A DNA stretch of 64,000 bases from an uncultured Thermoleophilia bacterium (GCA_963715985.1 CAVQSP010000013.1:224001-288000), one strand, 5' to 3'. Counted from the stretch's first letter, positions 30,173-40,232 are shown. Notes: generated by a model from the letters alone, not told the origin. A program made the numbers and translations.

Positions 30173-30292
30173 CAAGTGCCTCCCGTGTGACCAGATGACA
30201 AGTGGCAGTGTCAATTGGCAGTGCCACTTGACATCGTCTGACTGAGCCGCGATAGTGCACCACGAATGCACTACGTGTCAAGTGGAAACTTG
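30173..30292. promoter_or_regulatory. Divergent promoter region with repeated operator-like motifs
   Basis: CAA(G/T)TGGCAGTG twice, inverted TGCCACTTG, TTGACA-N17-GATAGT, TAGTGCA-N7-TGCACTA, CAAGT-N4-ACTTG. Confidence 0.6.
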
Positions 30293-30327
30293 GCTCTCGC
30301 TTGTGAGAAGGTGAAAGGGGATTGACC

Positions 30328-31530
30328 GTGGACTCTCCGGACCAGGTCCGGCCTGCCGACAGCACCGAGGAACGTTCCGCCGGCGGAGGCCGCCGACCGT
30401 CAGGCAGGTCGTGATCACGACCGGTACCATCTGGCGGGCGGTCGCGATCGTCCTCGTTACCCTGGCCGCGCTCTGGGGGCTCAACCAGATGCGCAGCCTC
30501 GTCATGATGCTGGTCGTCTCGCTGTTCTTCGCGCTCGCCCTGACACCAGGGGTCAACTACCTGCATGCCAAACGGGGCTGGCGCCGCGGCGCTGGCCGTC
30601 GGCGGTGATCTACGTGGTCGGCATCGTGGCCGTCGTCGTGATGCTCGTGCTGATCGTGCCGGCGATCGCCAAGGTCGGCGGGCACATCAGCCAGAACGGA
30701 ACGCAGTGGATGACCAGTCTGGACGGCTGGACGTCCTCGAAGCTCGGCTTCCACATCGTCGACAAGCAGGCGTACAAGGACGGTGCGGTCACCGTCGGCG
30801 AGTTTCTCAAGCAGTGGGCCGGCAAGCTGCTGCCGGCGGCGGGCAAGCTCGTGTCGACCGGCGCGGGCCTGGTCTTCGAGGTCGCCACGATCGGTCTGTT
30901 CACCTTCTACCTGACGGCCGACTTCCCGCGGCTGCAGCGGGCCTTCCTCTCGTGGTTCAAGCCCGGCGCAGCAGGAGCGCCTGGGCTGGACGGTGGACCA
31001 GTCGATCAAGCAGGTCGGCGGCTACCTGTACTCGCGCCTGCTGCTGACCGTCATCAACGGCCTCGGGTTCCTGGCCGTGATGGTCGCGGTCGGCGTCCCG
31101 ACCGGGCTGGCCATCCCGCTGGCCGTGTTCGGCGGCTTCGTCTCCGAGTTCATCCCGAGCGTGGGGACGTACATCGGAGGCGCGGTCCCGGTCGTGCTCA
31201 CGCTCGCGCTCGCGGGCCTGGTCCCGGCGCTCATCGTCGTCGCCTACATCGTGGTCTACCAGCAGATCGAGAACTACTGGCTGAGCCCCAGGATCAGCGC
31301 GAAGACGATGGAGCTCAACGGCGGTCTGGCGTTCGGCGCGGCCATCGCCGGCGGCGCCTTGTTCGGCCCCATGGGGGCCTTCATGGCGCTGCCCGTGGCC
31401 GCGCTCATCGTGGCGGTGCTGCACAACTACCGCCACGCGTACCCGGTCTTCTATCAGTCTCAGTACGCCGACGCGGCGGACAAGGCCGCGGCGGCAGCGG
31501 CCGCGGCGGACGACGAACCGGGTGGGACGA
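30328..31530 (+). CDS. AI-2E (UPF0118) family transporter; frameshifted, end approximate
   Basis: SLFFALALTP, GGYLYSR, EFIPSVGTYIG, YQQIENYWLSPR, GGALFGPMGAFMALP. Confidence 0.85.
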
Positions 31531-31580
31531 GCCGGCAGGTCGAGTACGATCGTCCCGGATCCGGGACGAGGAGGAGCGCA

Positions 31581-32205
31581 GTGCAGCAGAAGGTAGACTG
31601 GGAGGAGCGCAGGGCGGAGCTCGCGGAGGCCGTGTGGCGCACCATCGCGCACCGGGGCCTCGAGAACACCTCGATCCGCAACATCGCCGAGGAGACCCAC
31701 TGGACGCGCGGCGTGCTGCAACGCTACTTCCGTGACAAGGACGAGCTCATGCTGTTCGCGTACGAGCTCGCGAGCGACCACGCCGTCTCCGTCAATGTGC
31801 GGGCCGTCGGCGATGCAAGGAGGCTCGAAGCCCTGCGCCGTCGCCTGATCGCCTACGCTCGTCCCGACGCCGAGCAGCGCCAGGTGATGGAAGTCCTCAG
31901 CGCCTTCGCGGTGCATGCCAGGACCCAGCCCGAGCTCACCGCGGCCATCCGCCACAGGTACGGCGAGTGGGTTGGCGTTACGCAGGCCATCTTCCGCGAC
32001 CTGGACGCCCAGGGTGTGCTCCGCGAGGGGCTCGACCTCGAACACACTGCGGTGGAGTACCTGGCCTTCGCCACCGGGCTTGGCGCGGCTGGACTATCTG
32101 GACAACGAGATGTTCGAAAGGGTCGACCCCGAGAAGGTGGTCGACGGGTACCTGAGCCGGATCGGCGCACCCGCCGAGCTGGAGCGGCTGGGCATCCGGC
32201 CGTGA
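31581..32205 (+). CDS. TetR-family regulator (BetI-like); frameshift near 32080
   Basis: GGAGGAG RBS plus GTG; RRAELAEAVWRTIA..GLE.TSIRNIA...G.LQRYF.DKDEL. Confidence 0.85.
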
Positions 32206-32337
32206 CGGCGCGGCGCGGGGGCCGTCAGGCGAGCCGCGCCACCGCCTCCAGCTGCTCGGCCTCGACCGCGCCGTGCACGCAGCTGCATGCGGCGTGATCC
32301 CTGACGATGCCGGCGTCGGCCACGAGGCGGTCGCAGG

Positions 32338-33966
32338 TCAAGAAGAGGGCTGCAGGGACGCCGGTGGACGCATAGCCGTACCGGTGAGGGGCGGGGCCGG
32401 CGGACCCGCCGGCGCTTCGGCCGGCGGGCGCAGCCGCCTCGGCATCGCGCCGCCTCCGCTGCCGAAGCGATCGAGCATGGTCTCGAGCAGCGGCACGAAG
32501 CGATGGACCTGTCCGTTGCGGATCACCCAGTCCCAGAGGGGCTCCAGCTTCTTCCAGCCGCCGGTGTAGGCAAGGTGGCGGGCGCGCTCGCGCAGATCTC
32601 CGTGCGTGAAGGCCGCCGTGCAGATACTGGCCCAACGGTAGAAGTCGCGATAGGCGCCCCAGTAGCCGTCCTCGAGCTGGCCGGCCGTCATTCGGGCGGG
32701 ACGGAAGACGGCATGGCGCGTGTCGTAGCGATCCCAGTCACGGCTCGTGATGCGGCCCTCGCCGGCCAGGCGTCGCTCCAGGGCGGTGCCGGGGTAGGGG
32801 GTCATGATGTGGAAGGTGGCGGTCTCGATACCGCGGCTCACCGCCCAGTCCACGGTGCGCGCGAAGACCGAGAGGTCGTCGCCGTCCATCCCGAAGACGA
32901 AGGCGGCGTTGACCATCACGCCCAGGTCGTGCAGACGGCGCACCGCGGCATCGTGGGATGGACCTCCGGAGCCGCCCAGGTTCTGCGTCTTGCCCGCGCT
33001 GCGCAGATTGGCCTCACTCAGCGTCTCGAAGCCGACGAAGAGGCTGCGCAGGCCGCTCTCGACCGCCTTCTCGAGGAGGCCGGGGCGGAGGACGGCCTGC
33101 ACGGTGCCGGCTGCCTGCCACACCCGGCCCATCCCCTTCAGGCCATCGAACAGCGCCTCGGCGAACGGCGGGCTGCCGAAGAGGTTGTCGTCGAGGAAGT
33201 ACAGATGGCGGCCGGGAAGGCGGTCCACCTCGGCGAGCGCGTCGTCGACGGCCTGGACGTAGAACGATCTGCCGCCGCGGAAGAACGCCTCCTTGTAGCA
33301 GAAGTCGCAGACGTGCGGGCAGCCGCGGCTCACCACCAGCGAGTTCGGCACGAGGTAGCGCTCGCGCTTGATGAGGTCGCGACGCGCCGGCGGCAGGCCG
33401 GCGAGGGTGCGCCGCGTCGACCGGTAGAGCGGCTGGGGCCGGCCGGCGCGAAAGTCGGCGAGAAACGCCGGCCAGGTGTCGTCCCCGGGGCCGCAGAACA
33501 CGCTGTCGGCGTGCCGGGCGGCCTCTGCCGGCAGACTGGTGGGATGCAGCCCGCCGAGACACACGTAGGCTCCTCTGGCCCGGTAGTGGTCGGCGTAGCG
33601 GTACGCCCGCCGCGCGGAGGTGATGTACGCCTCGATGACGACGAGGTCGGGTTCGTCGTCGAGGCGGAGCTCCTCAACGTGCTCGTCCTGCAGGTCGACC
33701 TCGTCGTCCGGGTCCAGGTGTCCGGCCAGCGTGGCGAGGCCGAGCGGCGGGAAGAGCGAGTACTTGATCGAGCGCCAGAACACGCTGTCGGCGGCCGTCT
33801 TGGCCGGGATGATCATCTTGACCCGAAGGGGGCGCCTCAGCGGAGTCCGGCGTGCCGGAGCCGGTCGCCGGTCGAGTCCGCCGCCGGACTCGCCGCTCCC
33901 ATGCGTCGCCACCGCGTGGCCGGACGGGCTCTCGGGCTTGCCGGCAGCGGGCACGGCCACCTCCAC
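32338..33966 (-). CDS. B12-binding-domain radical SAM protein; start uncertain
   Basis: IKYSLFPPLGLATLA, LGGLHPT, RGCPHVCDFC, GFET, TPYPGT. Confidence 0.9.
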   Translation of the reverse strand: MEVAVPAAGKPESPSGHAVATHGSGESGGGLDRRPAPARRTPLRRPLRVKMIIPAKTAADSVFWRSIKYSLFPPLGLATLAGHLDPDDEVDLQDEHVEELRLDDEPDLVVIEAYITSARRAYRYADHYRARGAYVCLGGLHPTSLPAEAARHADSVFCGPGDDTWPAFLADFRAGRPQPLYRSTRRTLAGLPPARRDLIKRERYLVPNSLVVSRGCPHVCDFCYKEAFFRGGRSFYVQAVDDALAEVDRLPGRHLYFLDDNLFGSPPFAEALFDGLKGMGRVWQAAGTVQAVLRPGLLEKAVESGLRSLFVGFETLSEANLRSAGKTQNLGGSGGPSHDAAVRRLHDLGVMVNAAFVFGMDGDDLSVFARTVDWAVSRGIETATFHIMTPYPGTALERRLAGEGRITSRDWDRYDTRHAVFRPARMTAGQLEDGYWGAYRDFYRWASICTAAFTHGDLRERARHLAYTGGWKKLEPLWDWVIRNGQVHRFVPLLETMLDRFGSGGGAMPRRLRPPAEAPAGPPAPPLTGTAMRPPASLQPSS

Positions 33967-34033
33967 ATCGGGCGCCGTCGGCGGTGTCGCAGCGCGTACC
34001 CGGCACGGTAGCGGAGGCCGGGGCGAGGCGACA

Positions 34034-34049
34034 CCGTACCGCTGTACGG
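34034..34049. promoter_or_regulatory. Candidate TetR operator upstream of the radical SAM gene
   Basis: CCGTAC-N4-GTACGG inverted repeat. Confidence 0.5.
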
Positions 34050-34113
34050 GAGTGCGTGCAGCCGCCCGCTCCCGGCCGATGCCGAGGCCCGTTGGCGGCC
34101 CTGCCGGCGTTCG

Positions 34114-34786
34114 TCAGCCGGCGGCCGGCAGCTGCGCGGCGAAGTGGTCCAGCTGGATGTCGAGCGCCGTGTCGAAGTCGCCGGGGCGGTCCCACAGGGC
34201 CAGCTGCAGACCCACGCGCAGCAGGTGGGGGTAGTCGGCCCAGTGCCCGGTGAGCTCGCCGACGATGGTCGCCGGCGGCACGTCCAGGCTGAGCATGCTG
34301 GCGTACCCGAGCCCGATGGTGTACGCACCGAGCGTGTGGAACAGGGAGGCGGCCTGGTCGGGCGTGAAGCCGGCCCCGAGCAGCACGCCCATCAGCTCCT
34401 CCATCCAGCGGCGCCCGCTGGGGGTGCGCAGCACGGCCGTGCTGATCAGCGGCAAGGCGCGCGGGTGGTCCTGCACGAGCTCGTACAGGCCGATGAACAG
34501 CTCCCGCGTGCGCTCCCGCCAGCCGGTCGCGCGCGACGGTGCTGCGCCCGCGCGCGCCGGTGCCCTGCGCGCCGTGGTCGCCCAGCGCCGCCTCCGCGAT
34601 GCACTCCGCCACGGCGTCGAGGATCGACTCCTTGTTGGGGACGTGGTGGTAGAGGCTCATCGGCTTCACGCCGACCGCCGCCGCCAGCCGCCGCATGTTG
34701 AGCGCGCCCAGGCCCTCGTCGTCGATGATCTCCAGCGCGGCCTCGATGATGCGCACGCGTGTAAGGGGTTCTCGAACGCCGGCCAC
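34114..34786 (-). CDS. TetR/TetR_C-family regulator, frameshifted
   Basis: LTRVRIIEAALEIID.EGL.AL.MRRLAAAVGVKPMSLYHHVPNK; HPRALPL. Confidence 0.88.
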
Positions 34787-34804
34787 GGCGCCTCCAGTCG
34801 TCGA

Positions 34805-34833
34805 CCGTACAAAGTATGACATACAAAGTACGG
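34805..34833. promoter_or_regulatory. Tandem candidate TetR operators
   Basis: CCGTAC-AAA-GTATG-A-CATAC-AAA-GTACGG immediately upstream of the tetR start. Confidence 0.6.
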
Positions 34834-34912
34834 TAACGGCCGCCGCCCCCTGGGGCAAGACGTGGCGTGTGAGGGGAGTGGTCGACGAGGTCCCGGCGGT
34901 CCCGCTGCTCCG

Positions 34913-35140
34913 TCACCGTCCCAGGGCTTCGAAACGTGCGGCGGTCAGACCAGCCTGGCGGAGGATGCTGCGTAGCGTGCCGGCGGCGATCTCGGCATGA
35001 CGCGGGACGATCACAACGCGCTCCCCACTGGTCGTCGCGAGGATGAACTTGACGTGACTACCGCGAGTGCCGCGCTCAACGAAGCCGGCGGCGAGGAGTC
35101 TGCGCCGGACCTCCCGATACGGGAGGGCCCTAAGCGGCAT
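34913..35140 (-). CDS. hicA: HicA-family toxin
   Basis: GF...RGSH...VPRH.EI..GTLRSILRQAG. Confidence 0.9.
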   Translation of the reverse strand: MPLRALPYREVRRRLLAAGFVERGTRGSHVKFILATTSGERVVIVPRHAEIAAGTLRSILRQAGLTAARFEALGR

Positions 35141-35336
35141 CGATGTCGGCGCGGACCTTTCTCACGCGGGGCGGGGCTGTAGCTCGGGGTGCCTCGAAGA
35201 ACAGCTCAAGCGCTTCCCGGAGGTTGCGCAACGCCTCGTCCTCGGACGAGCCCTGACTGGCAACGTCCACATCAAGACACTGCGCGACGAACTGGTCGCC
35301 TTCCAAGGTGACAACGGCGCTGAATTCGCGAGTCAC
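35130..35336 (-). CDS. hicB: HicB-family antitoxin, short form
   Basis: FVAQCLDVDVASQG...EAL.NLREALELF. Confidence 0.9.
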   Translation of the reverse strand: MTREFSAVVTLEGDQFVAQCLDVDVASQGSSEDEALRNLREALELFFEAPRATAPPRVRKVRADIDAA

Positions 35337-35442
35337 GTCGATCCTCCAAGCTCAGCCGATTCGATGATAGGCGGCCTTACGCGAGACAGCAAGGTGGACG
35401 ATCCGTCGGCGCTGGCGCGACCGAGCCAAGCCCGGCGAGCCC

Positions 35443-36273
35443 TCAGCCCAGTGGCGCCACCCAGCTGGCCGTGGCGCGCCCGGTCCAGCGGCCGTCGTCG
35501 TGCCGTGAGACGCTGACGGGGGCGCCGAAGCAGGCGGTGAGCGGGTCGTCGGCGAGCACGTCGGCGACGGGGCCGGCGGCGACCACCTGCCCCGCGCGCA
35601 GCAGCAGGGCGTGGGTCGTTGTGGCCGGCAGCTCCTCGAGGTGGTGCGTGACGGTGACGACGGCCGGGGCGGGCTGCTCGCCGGCGAGCAAAGCGAGCGC
35701 CGCGAGCAGCGCCTCCCGGCCGGGCAGGTCCAGACCGTCGGCCGGTTCGTCCAGCAGGAGCAGAGGTGGGCGGCGCACGAGGGCGCGAGCCAGCAGGACG
35801 CGCCGCCGCTCGCCTTGCGAGCAGGACGCGAACGTGTGCCCGGCGACGGCGGCGCAGCCGAACTGCCCCAGCAGCGCGACGGCGCGTTGGCGGTCCTCCG
35901 GCGCGAGTCGCTCCGGCAGCACCTGAATGGTCCCGGTGACGCCGGTGAGCGTGACCTCGAGCGCCGTGCGCCGCGGCGAGAACGCCTCCTCGGTCTTCAC
36001 GTCCACGTGGCCGATGCTCTCGCGCAGCGTGCGCAGGTCCACGTGGCCGACGGTCTGGCCGAGGATGCGCACGGCGCCACGGCTGGGGTGGCGTACGCCG
36101 GCGGCGATGTCCATCAGGGTCGACTTGCCGGCGCCGTTGGGGCCGAGTACCGCCCATTGCTGGCCCGGTCCGACCGACCAGGTCACCTCGCTGAGGATGG
36201 GCTGCCGAACGCGAGCGCGCTCGTCCCACTCCCAGACGGTGACACCGTCGAAGGCCAGAGCGGGGCGCGTCAC
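35443..36273 (-). CDS. ABC transporter ATP-binding protein (ModF-like), no permease nearby
   Basis: GPNGAGKS, CSQGE, LLLDEP, VTHHLEE. Confidence 0.9.
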   Translation of the reverse strand: MTRPALAFDGVTVWEWDERARVRQPILSEVTWSVGPGQQWAVLGPNGAGKSTLMDIAAGVRHPSRGAVRILGQTVGHVDLRTLRESIGHVDVKTEEAFSPRRTALEVTLTGVTGTIQVLPERLAPEDRQRAVALLGQFGCAAVAGHTFASCSQGERRRVLLARALVRRPPLLLLDEPADGLDLPGREALLAALALLAGEQPAPAVVTVTHHLEELPATTTHALLLRAGQVVAAGPVADVLADDPLTACFGAPVSVSRHDDGRWTGRATASWVAPLG

Positions 36274-36278
36274 GCCGG

Positions 36279-37346
36279 TCAGCCGAGCCGCGCGACGCGC
36301 TCGCCGCGGACGCTCAGCCGCGCTGCGGCGGAGGCCACGGCGAGTGCCTCAGGCTCTTCGGCGGTGAGGCCGACGCGGGCGCGCGCAGGTCCGCTGGCGC
36401 GCGCGCCCGTCTTCGCTCTCGGCCAGGCGCGCACGGCCGCCTCCACGGCCTCGTGGCCGCCTGTGGCGAAGGCCGTCGCGAGGCGCGCGGCGACCTCTGC
36501 GTCGGGGCTCGCGGCCGCGAACTCGGCCGCCGCGAGCGCATAGCCGTTGCCGTTGAAGCTCAGCGAGACGCCGCCCCACTCGCGCACGGCGGCCAGCGCC
36601 GGCGCGTCCGTGATCGAGTCGCCGACGTACATCACCGCGTCACCGCTCACGCCCTCAGCGGCCATGATCTCCTCGAGCGCGGCGAGCTTCATGCCGCCGC
36701 CCACGGGGCGGACGGCGGCCAGCATCTCGCCGCTCACGCGCCCCGCCATCTGCGTCCAGAACAGATCGTCCAGGCGCGCCACGGTGACGGCATCGCCGGC
36801 CGTGAGGTCGTTCGCGGTCCGCGCCTCGTCGGGGATCTCGATGAGGCTGCGCTCCATGATCCCGCCGGCCTCGTCGCGGAGCCACGCCTTCTCGTCTGCC
36901 GGCATGTGCCAGGCGTCCAGGCTCAGCTCGGTACAGCGGACCCGCTCGAAGGGGAACCCGCTGACGAGGCACAGCGCTCTGAGATACGGCGTGTAGGAGG
37001 TCGAGATGATGTAGGCCGGCAGCCGCGCGCCGATCTGCGCAAGTGCCTTGAGTGCCCCGGGCACCGTGAGCACGCCCTCGGCGCTGAAGAGTCCCACATC
37101 CTCGTCGGTGACCTCGAACGCCTTGAGAAATGGAGGCAGCAGGCGCAGCGTGTCGCCGGCGTTGTAGCCCGGCCTGCGGACCACGTCGGCGAGGAAGTCG
37201 TCGTAGCGGCTCAGGCGCGCGAAGAAGTCGGCCCCGTCGGGGAGGAAGCGCGCGGCGATCTCCTGGGCGTTGTCGTTGCGGGTGAGCGGGCCTTCGCAGT
37301 CGGTGACGTAGATACGGCGGGCCGGCGCGGCGCCCCCGTCGCTCAT
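36279..37346 (-). CDS. HAD-superfamily hydrolase, EhaR/COG4030-like
   Basis: TDCEGP...NDNA.E, ISTSY, YVGDSITD, SFNGNGYA. Confidence 0.78.
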   Translation of the reverse strand: MSDGGAAPARRIYVTDCEGPLTRNDNAQEIAARFLPDGADFFARLSRYDDFLADVVRRPGYNAGDTLRLLPPFLKAFEVTDEDVGLFSAEGVLTVPGALKALAQIGARLPAYIISTSYTPYLRALCLVSGFPFERVRCTELSLDAWHMPADEKAWLRDEAGGIMERSLIEIPDEARTANDLTAGDAVTVARLDDLFWTQMAGRVSGEMLAAVRPVGGGMKLAALEEIMAAEGVSGDAVMYVGDSITDAPALAAVREWGGVSLSFNGNGYALAAAEFAAASPDAEVAARLATAFATGGHEAVEAAVRAWPRAKTGARASGPARARVGLTAEEPEALAVASAAARLSVRGERVARLG

Positions 37347-38152
37347 CGCGCCGCGACCTCCTCGTCGACCGCCTCGGTGAGGTCGAGCGGCAGTCTGGCC
37401 GCCTCGGCGAACACGGCTCCGTTGGACGTGTTGAGGCGGCCCTCGGTGAACAGCCTGAGCGTCCGGTACAGCAGGGGGATCTCGCGCACCTCGCCGCGCC
37501 GGCGGATCTCCGCGAAGAGCGGCTCGTCCTCACCCTCGGCGGCGGCGATCTCGGCCACGCTCATCGAGGCGCGTTTGGCCCGGAACTGCTGCCACAGCGG
37601 AGCCCAGTCGTCGCCGCGCAACGGCAGCCGGAAGAAGGCGACCACCGGTCCGCGGTCCAGCTCGGCGGTGGCGAGGTGGATCATGGCTCCGGTCTCGACG
37701 GCCTCCTCCTCGAGCAGCTGCCAGATGACCTCCTGCCACGTGCCCGTGGGCCCGCCGGGGAGTGCCGGATGCAGGTTGAGGATGGCGTACCGGCGGCACA
37801 TGGCAGGGCTGGCGATGAGCATGTACCCGGCCATGACGAGCACGCCGAGGCGGTAGGGTACGAGCAGGTCCATCACGCCACGGTGATACTCCTCGCGCCA
37901 GGTCGCCCGGCTCACGCCCAGCTCCTGCGCGGCCCTCCAGCTGGCGGCGCTGGAGAGGGTGACCAGAGGGACGTCGAGCCGCTCGACGAGGTCCAGGAAG
38001 CGGTCGCTCTCGGGCGCCTCGCCGCGCTCGCGGTCGCTGAACACCGCGCCGATGTGCAGCGGAAGGCCGTCCAGCTGGGCACGTGCGAGCACGTCGGCGA
38101 GGAGGTTGACGGCCGCCTGGTCGCGTCCCGTGGAGAGCCAGCCGATCCTCAC
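37343..38152 (-). CDS. Formyltransferase, divergent PurN-like
   Basis: IGWLSTGRD, MAGYMLI, NLHPALP, GAMIH...LDRGP. Confidence 0.8.
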   Translation of the reverse strand: MRIGWLSTGRDQAAVNLLADVLARAQLDGLPLHIGAVFSDRERGEAPESDRFLDLVERLDVPLVTLSSAASWRAAQELGVSRATWREEYHRGVMDLLVPYRLGVLVMAGYMLIASPAMCRRYAILNLHPALPGGPTGTWQEVIWQLLEEEAVETGAMIHLATAELDRGPVVAFFRLPLRGDDWAPLWQQFRAKRASMSVAEIAAAEGEDEPLFAEIRRRGEVREIPLLYRTLRLFTEGRLNTSNGAVFAEAARLPLDLTEAVDEEVAAR

Positions 38153-39156
38153 GGCGCCCTCCAGGCCGCGCCGGTGAGGTCGGGCTCGCCACGCTCCTCC
38201 GCGAGCCGGGCGCGCCACTGGACGGCGTCCGGGTACGTGCTGCGCCCGAGGCCGGCGATGCCGCGGCTGGCCGCCCAGGCCGCCAGCCGGCCGGCGCCTT
38301 CGAGGCCGACGCCCTCCATCATGCCGGCCAGGAAGCCGGCCGCGAACAGGTCGCCGGCGCCTGTGACGTCGACCACTTCCACGGGCAACGGCGGTACGTA
38401 CGCGTCCACGCGGCGGCCGACAAGGCGCGCGCCGCGGCCGCCCATCTTGCACACCACGAGGCCGACGCCGGCGTTGAGGATGAAGTCGAGCGACTCGGGC
38501 AGCGAGAGCCCGCAGAGCATCTCGAGCTCCTTCTCGGTCGCGAACAGGTACGAGCAACGCCGCAGCAGGGGCAGAAAGCGTTTGACGCCCTTGCGCGCGT
38601 AGATCTCACCCGGGTCGAAGGCGATCTCGGTCTCGGCGGGCAGCCGCCCCAGCAGCGCAAGCTGGGCCGCCAGCGGCCCGTCGCCGACGAAGCTGGAGAA
38701 GTAGGCGAAGCGGGTGCGCGGCAGCCGCTTGGGGACGTCGGCGGCGGAGAGCTCGTCGTTGGCCCCCGGCCACACGAGGTTGCGGCGCTCGCCGTTCTCG
38801 TCCAGCAGTACGTACACGCGCCCGGTCTCGCCGCCGCGGGCGACGAAGCGGCCCTCAGCGGGCGCGAGCTCGTCGACCATGAAGCGGCCCTCGTCGTCCT
38901 CACCCACGCGCCCGAGCATGGCCGCGTGGTAGCCCAGGCGCCCGATGGCGTTGGCTGTGTTGGCCGCCTGGCCGCCGCCAGAGCGCGCAGGCGTGACGTG
39001 GGCCAGCGCCTCGTCCACGGCGCGGCGCACGCGGGCGTCCAGGAGCTGCTCAGTGCCCGGCGGCCCGAGCTCCTCCCAGAGCGGGAACGTGCGCGGCAGA
39101 CGGTAGATGAGATCGAGGTTCAGCGCGCCGCAGCCGATGAGATCGAGCGGCCTCAC
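38149..39156 (-). CDS. PfkB-family carbohydrate/nucleoside kinase
   Basis: SGGGQAAN, GRVGED, FDPG, VVDVTGAGDLFAAGF. Confidence 0.92.
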   Translation of the reverse strand: MRPLDLIGCGALNLDLIYRLPRTFPLWEELGPPGTEQLLDARVRRAVDEALAHVTPARSGGGQAANTANAIGRLGYHAAMLGRVGEDDEGRFMVDELAPAEGRFVARGGETGRVYVLLDENGERRNLVWPGANDELSAADVPKRLPRTRFAYFSSFVGDGPLAAQLALLGRLPAETEIAFDPGEIYARKGVKRFLPLLRRCSYLFATEKELEMLCGLSLPESLDFILNAGVGLVVCKMGGRGARLVGRRVDAYVPPLPVEVVDVTGAGDLFAAGFLAGMMEGVGLEGAGRLAAWAASRGIAGLGRSTYPDAVQWRARLAEERGEPDLTGAAWRAP

Positions 39157-40232
39157 AGCTTGAGCTCACCCCGGTAGCGCACGGCCGGTCCGTCGCCGCG
39201 CGGCGCGACACGTCCCACCACCTCGGCCTCGAGCTTCCCGCGCCTGATCACTTCGAGGTTCTTCTCCACGTGCTTCGGGTCCATCGACACGACCATGCCG
39301 AGCCCGCAGTTGAAGGTGTCCAGCATCTCCTCACGGCTCACTCCCAGGGAGTGCAGCCAGCTGAACACCGGTCCTGGCGGCCAGGTCTCCAGGTCGATCT
39401 CGGCGGCCAGACCGTCGGGCACGGCCCTGCCGACGTTGTCGGGAAACCCGCCGCCGGTGATGTGCGCGGCGGCGTGCACGCCCCCGGCGTGCCCCAGGTC
39501 GTGCAGCACAGGGCTGTAGATGGTGGTCGGCGTGAGGATGACGTCGCCGACTGTCGCGTTGGGACCGGCGTGCACACAGAAGGCGCCGCCCTCGCTGAGG
39601 AACTTGCTGTGCAGGTCGATGGCGTGCTCCTTGAGCAGGTGGCGCACGAGGCTGAAGCCGTTGGAGTGCAAGCCGCTGGAGCAGATGCCGACGAGCACGT
39701 CCCCGTCGGCCACGAGGTGGGGCCCCCACAGCTCGTCGCGCTCAGCCAGCCCGACCGCGAACCCAGCCATGTCGAAGTCGCCCGCGGGGAACTGACCAGG
39801 GTGCTCTGCCGTCTCGCCGCCGAGCAGCACGCACTGCGCCAGCAGGCAGCCCTCGTCCACGCCGGCCACGATCTCCGCGACCTCATCGGGCACGACCTTG
39901 CCGACCACCAGGTAGTCGAGGAAGAAGAGCGGCACCGCCCCGCAGGCGGAGACGTCGTTGACGCTCATCGCGACGAGGTCGATGCCTATGGTGCCGAGCC
40001 GGCCCATGGCGCGGGCGATCTCGATCTTGGTGCCGACGCCGTCGGTGCCGGCCACGAGCACCGGGTCTTTGAGCTTCGGCAGGCGCATCGCTCCGCCGAA
40101 GCCGCCCAGGCCGCCCAGCACGAGCGGGTGCTGCGTGCTCTTGAGGCGCTCCTTGAGGAGGTCCACGGCGCGGTTCCCGGCCTCCACGTCCACCCCGGCC
40201 GCCTTGTAGGTGAACCCCTGGTCGTCAGTCAT
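39153..40232 (-). CDS. purM: AIR synthetase
   Basis: YKAAGVD, GTDGVGTK, GGETAE, SSGLHSNGFSL, HITGGG, TFNCG. Confidence 0.97.
   Translation of the reverse strand: MTDDQGFTYKAAGVDVEAGNRAVDLLKERLKSTQHPLVLGGLGGFGGAMRLPKLKDPVLVAGTDGVGTKIEIARAMGRLGTIGIDLVAMSVNDVSACGAVPLFFLDYLVVGKVVPDEVAEIVAGVDEGCLLAQCVLLGGETAEHPGQFPAGDFDMAGFAVGLAERDELWGPHLVADGDVLVGICSSGLHSNGFSLVRHLLKEHAIDLHSKFLSEGGAFCVHAGPNATVGDVILTPTTIYSPVLHDLGHAGGVHAAAHITGGGFPDNVGRAVPDGLAAEIDLETWPPGPVFSWLHSLGVSREEMLDTFNCGLGMVVSMDPKHVEKNLEVIRRGKLEAEVVGRVAPRGDGPAVRYRGELKL

Noticed and set aside
30993-32297. AI-2E transporter::TetR fusion ORF
   Set aside because: TetR has its own strong RBS (GGAGGAG) and GTG at 31581, and the region is frameshift-rich, so a lost stop is more likely
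32225-32400. PIN-toxin-like remnant (..ALFLTCDR..)
   Set aside because: Too short, overlaps the radical SAM 3' end, and has no other PIN motifs
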